In this document: positions 31,862-32,000 of the stretch, piece after piece
How the letters are laid out: the number at the start of each line of letters is the position of its first letter
Numbering within the stretch: the first letter of the stretch is position 1
The notes under the pieces: model-generated
Databases searched by the model: none
The model's input: the letters and a program-made list of their open reading frames with translations, nothing else
What the model was told of the DNA's origin: nothing
Source of the DNA: Duganella guangzhouensis
Lineage (GTDB): Bacteria > Pseudomonadota > Gammaproteobacteria > Burkholderiales > Burkholderiaceae_D
Assembly (NCBI RefSeq): GCF_009674535.1
Contig: NZ_WKJK01000009.1
Span: 28,099-60,098, forward strand
Direction: 5' to 3'
Length of the DNA stretch: 32,000 nt
Position numbers and translations under genes: made by a program

Positions 31862-32000
31862 ATGATCAATCACAAGCGCCGCAAACGCCTGCTGAAGCTT
31901 CTTGCAGAACACCAGACCGCCAGTGTGCCCCAATTGGTTGATTGGCTTAACGCCAGTCCGGCCACCGTACGACGCGACATCAGCTGGCTGGCCGCGCGCA
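31862..32000 (+). CDS. DeoR-family transcriptional regulator, N-terminal part (continues beyond the window); likely rhamnose regulator
   Basis: The ATG at 31862 follows an SD (AAGGAGA). The sequence RRKRLLKLLAEHQTASVPQLVDWLNASPATVRRDISWLAA is a DeoR-type HTH. The gene is divergent from the rhamnose operon across an AT-rich 268-bp spacer. Confidence 0.8.
   Translation, partial: MINHKRRKRLLKLLAEHQTASVPQLVDWLNASPATVRRDISWLAAR

Overview
High-GC (about 60-65% by eye) proteobacterial chromosome. Gene content (many sugar-active enzymes, a PEP-CTERM protein) suggests a soil or plant-associated betaproteobacterium of the Oxalobacteraceae type, but that is inference only. All calls come from reading the ORF translations against motifs recalled from memory; no searches were run.

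Layout, left to right:
(1) The last 63 codons of a Tn3-family transposase at the window edge (2-193).
(2) gcd-oprB, a periplasmic glucose oxidation and uptake pair (569-4362).
(3) An accessory block of about 10-11 kb, all on the minus strand: tetR, a tyrosine integrase, an XRE-HTH/AbiEii-like toxin-antitoxin pair, and a four-gene MukF-MukE-MukB-like condensin operon that ends in a JetD/MksG-type Toprim gene. This operon belongs to the Wadjet/MksBEFG anti-plasmid class (7628-15053).
(4) A long U32-family Fe-S protein, YdcP/RlhA-like (15300-17270).
(5) A 1070-aa lipoprotein with two discoidin domains and a C-terminal di-heme DUF1111-like domain.
(6) A plant-polysaccharide cluster: GH74+CBM2 xyloglucanase; a GH5 cellulase oddly fused in frame behind a complete PEP-CTERM protein; a DUF1080 protein; an esterase; rhamnose catabolism genes (bifunctional rhamnulose-1-P aldolase/SDR, rhaI, rhaM); and a divergent DeoR regulator.

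The most interesting item is the Wadjet-class operon. Its SMC subunit is MukB-sized (1467 aa) and MukB-like through head, hinge and C-terminal head. Its nuclease subunit is short (328 aa). The operon sits on an integrase-linked defense island. The class is already known, so any novelty would be at subtype level and needs a profile or phylogeny check.

No rRNA, tRNA or CRISPR array was seen. The many long antisense ORFs in the track are high-GC artefacts.
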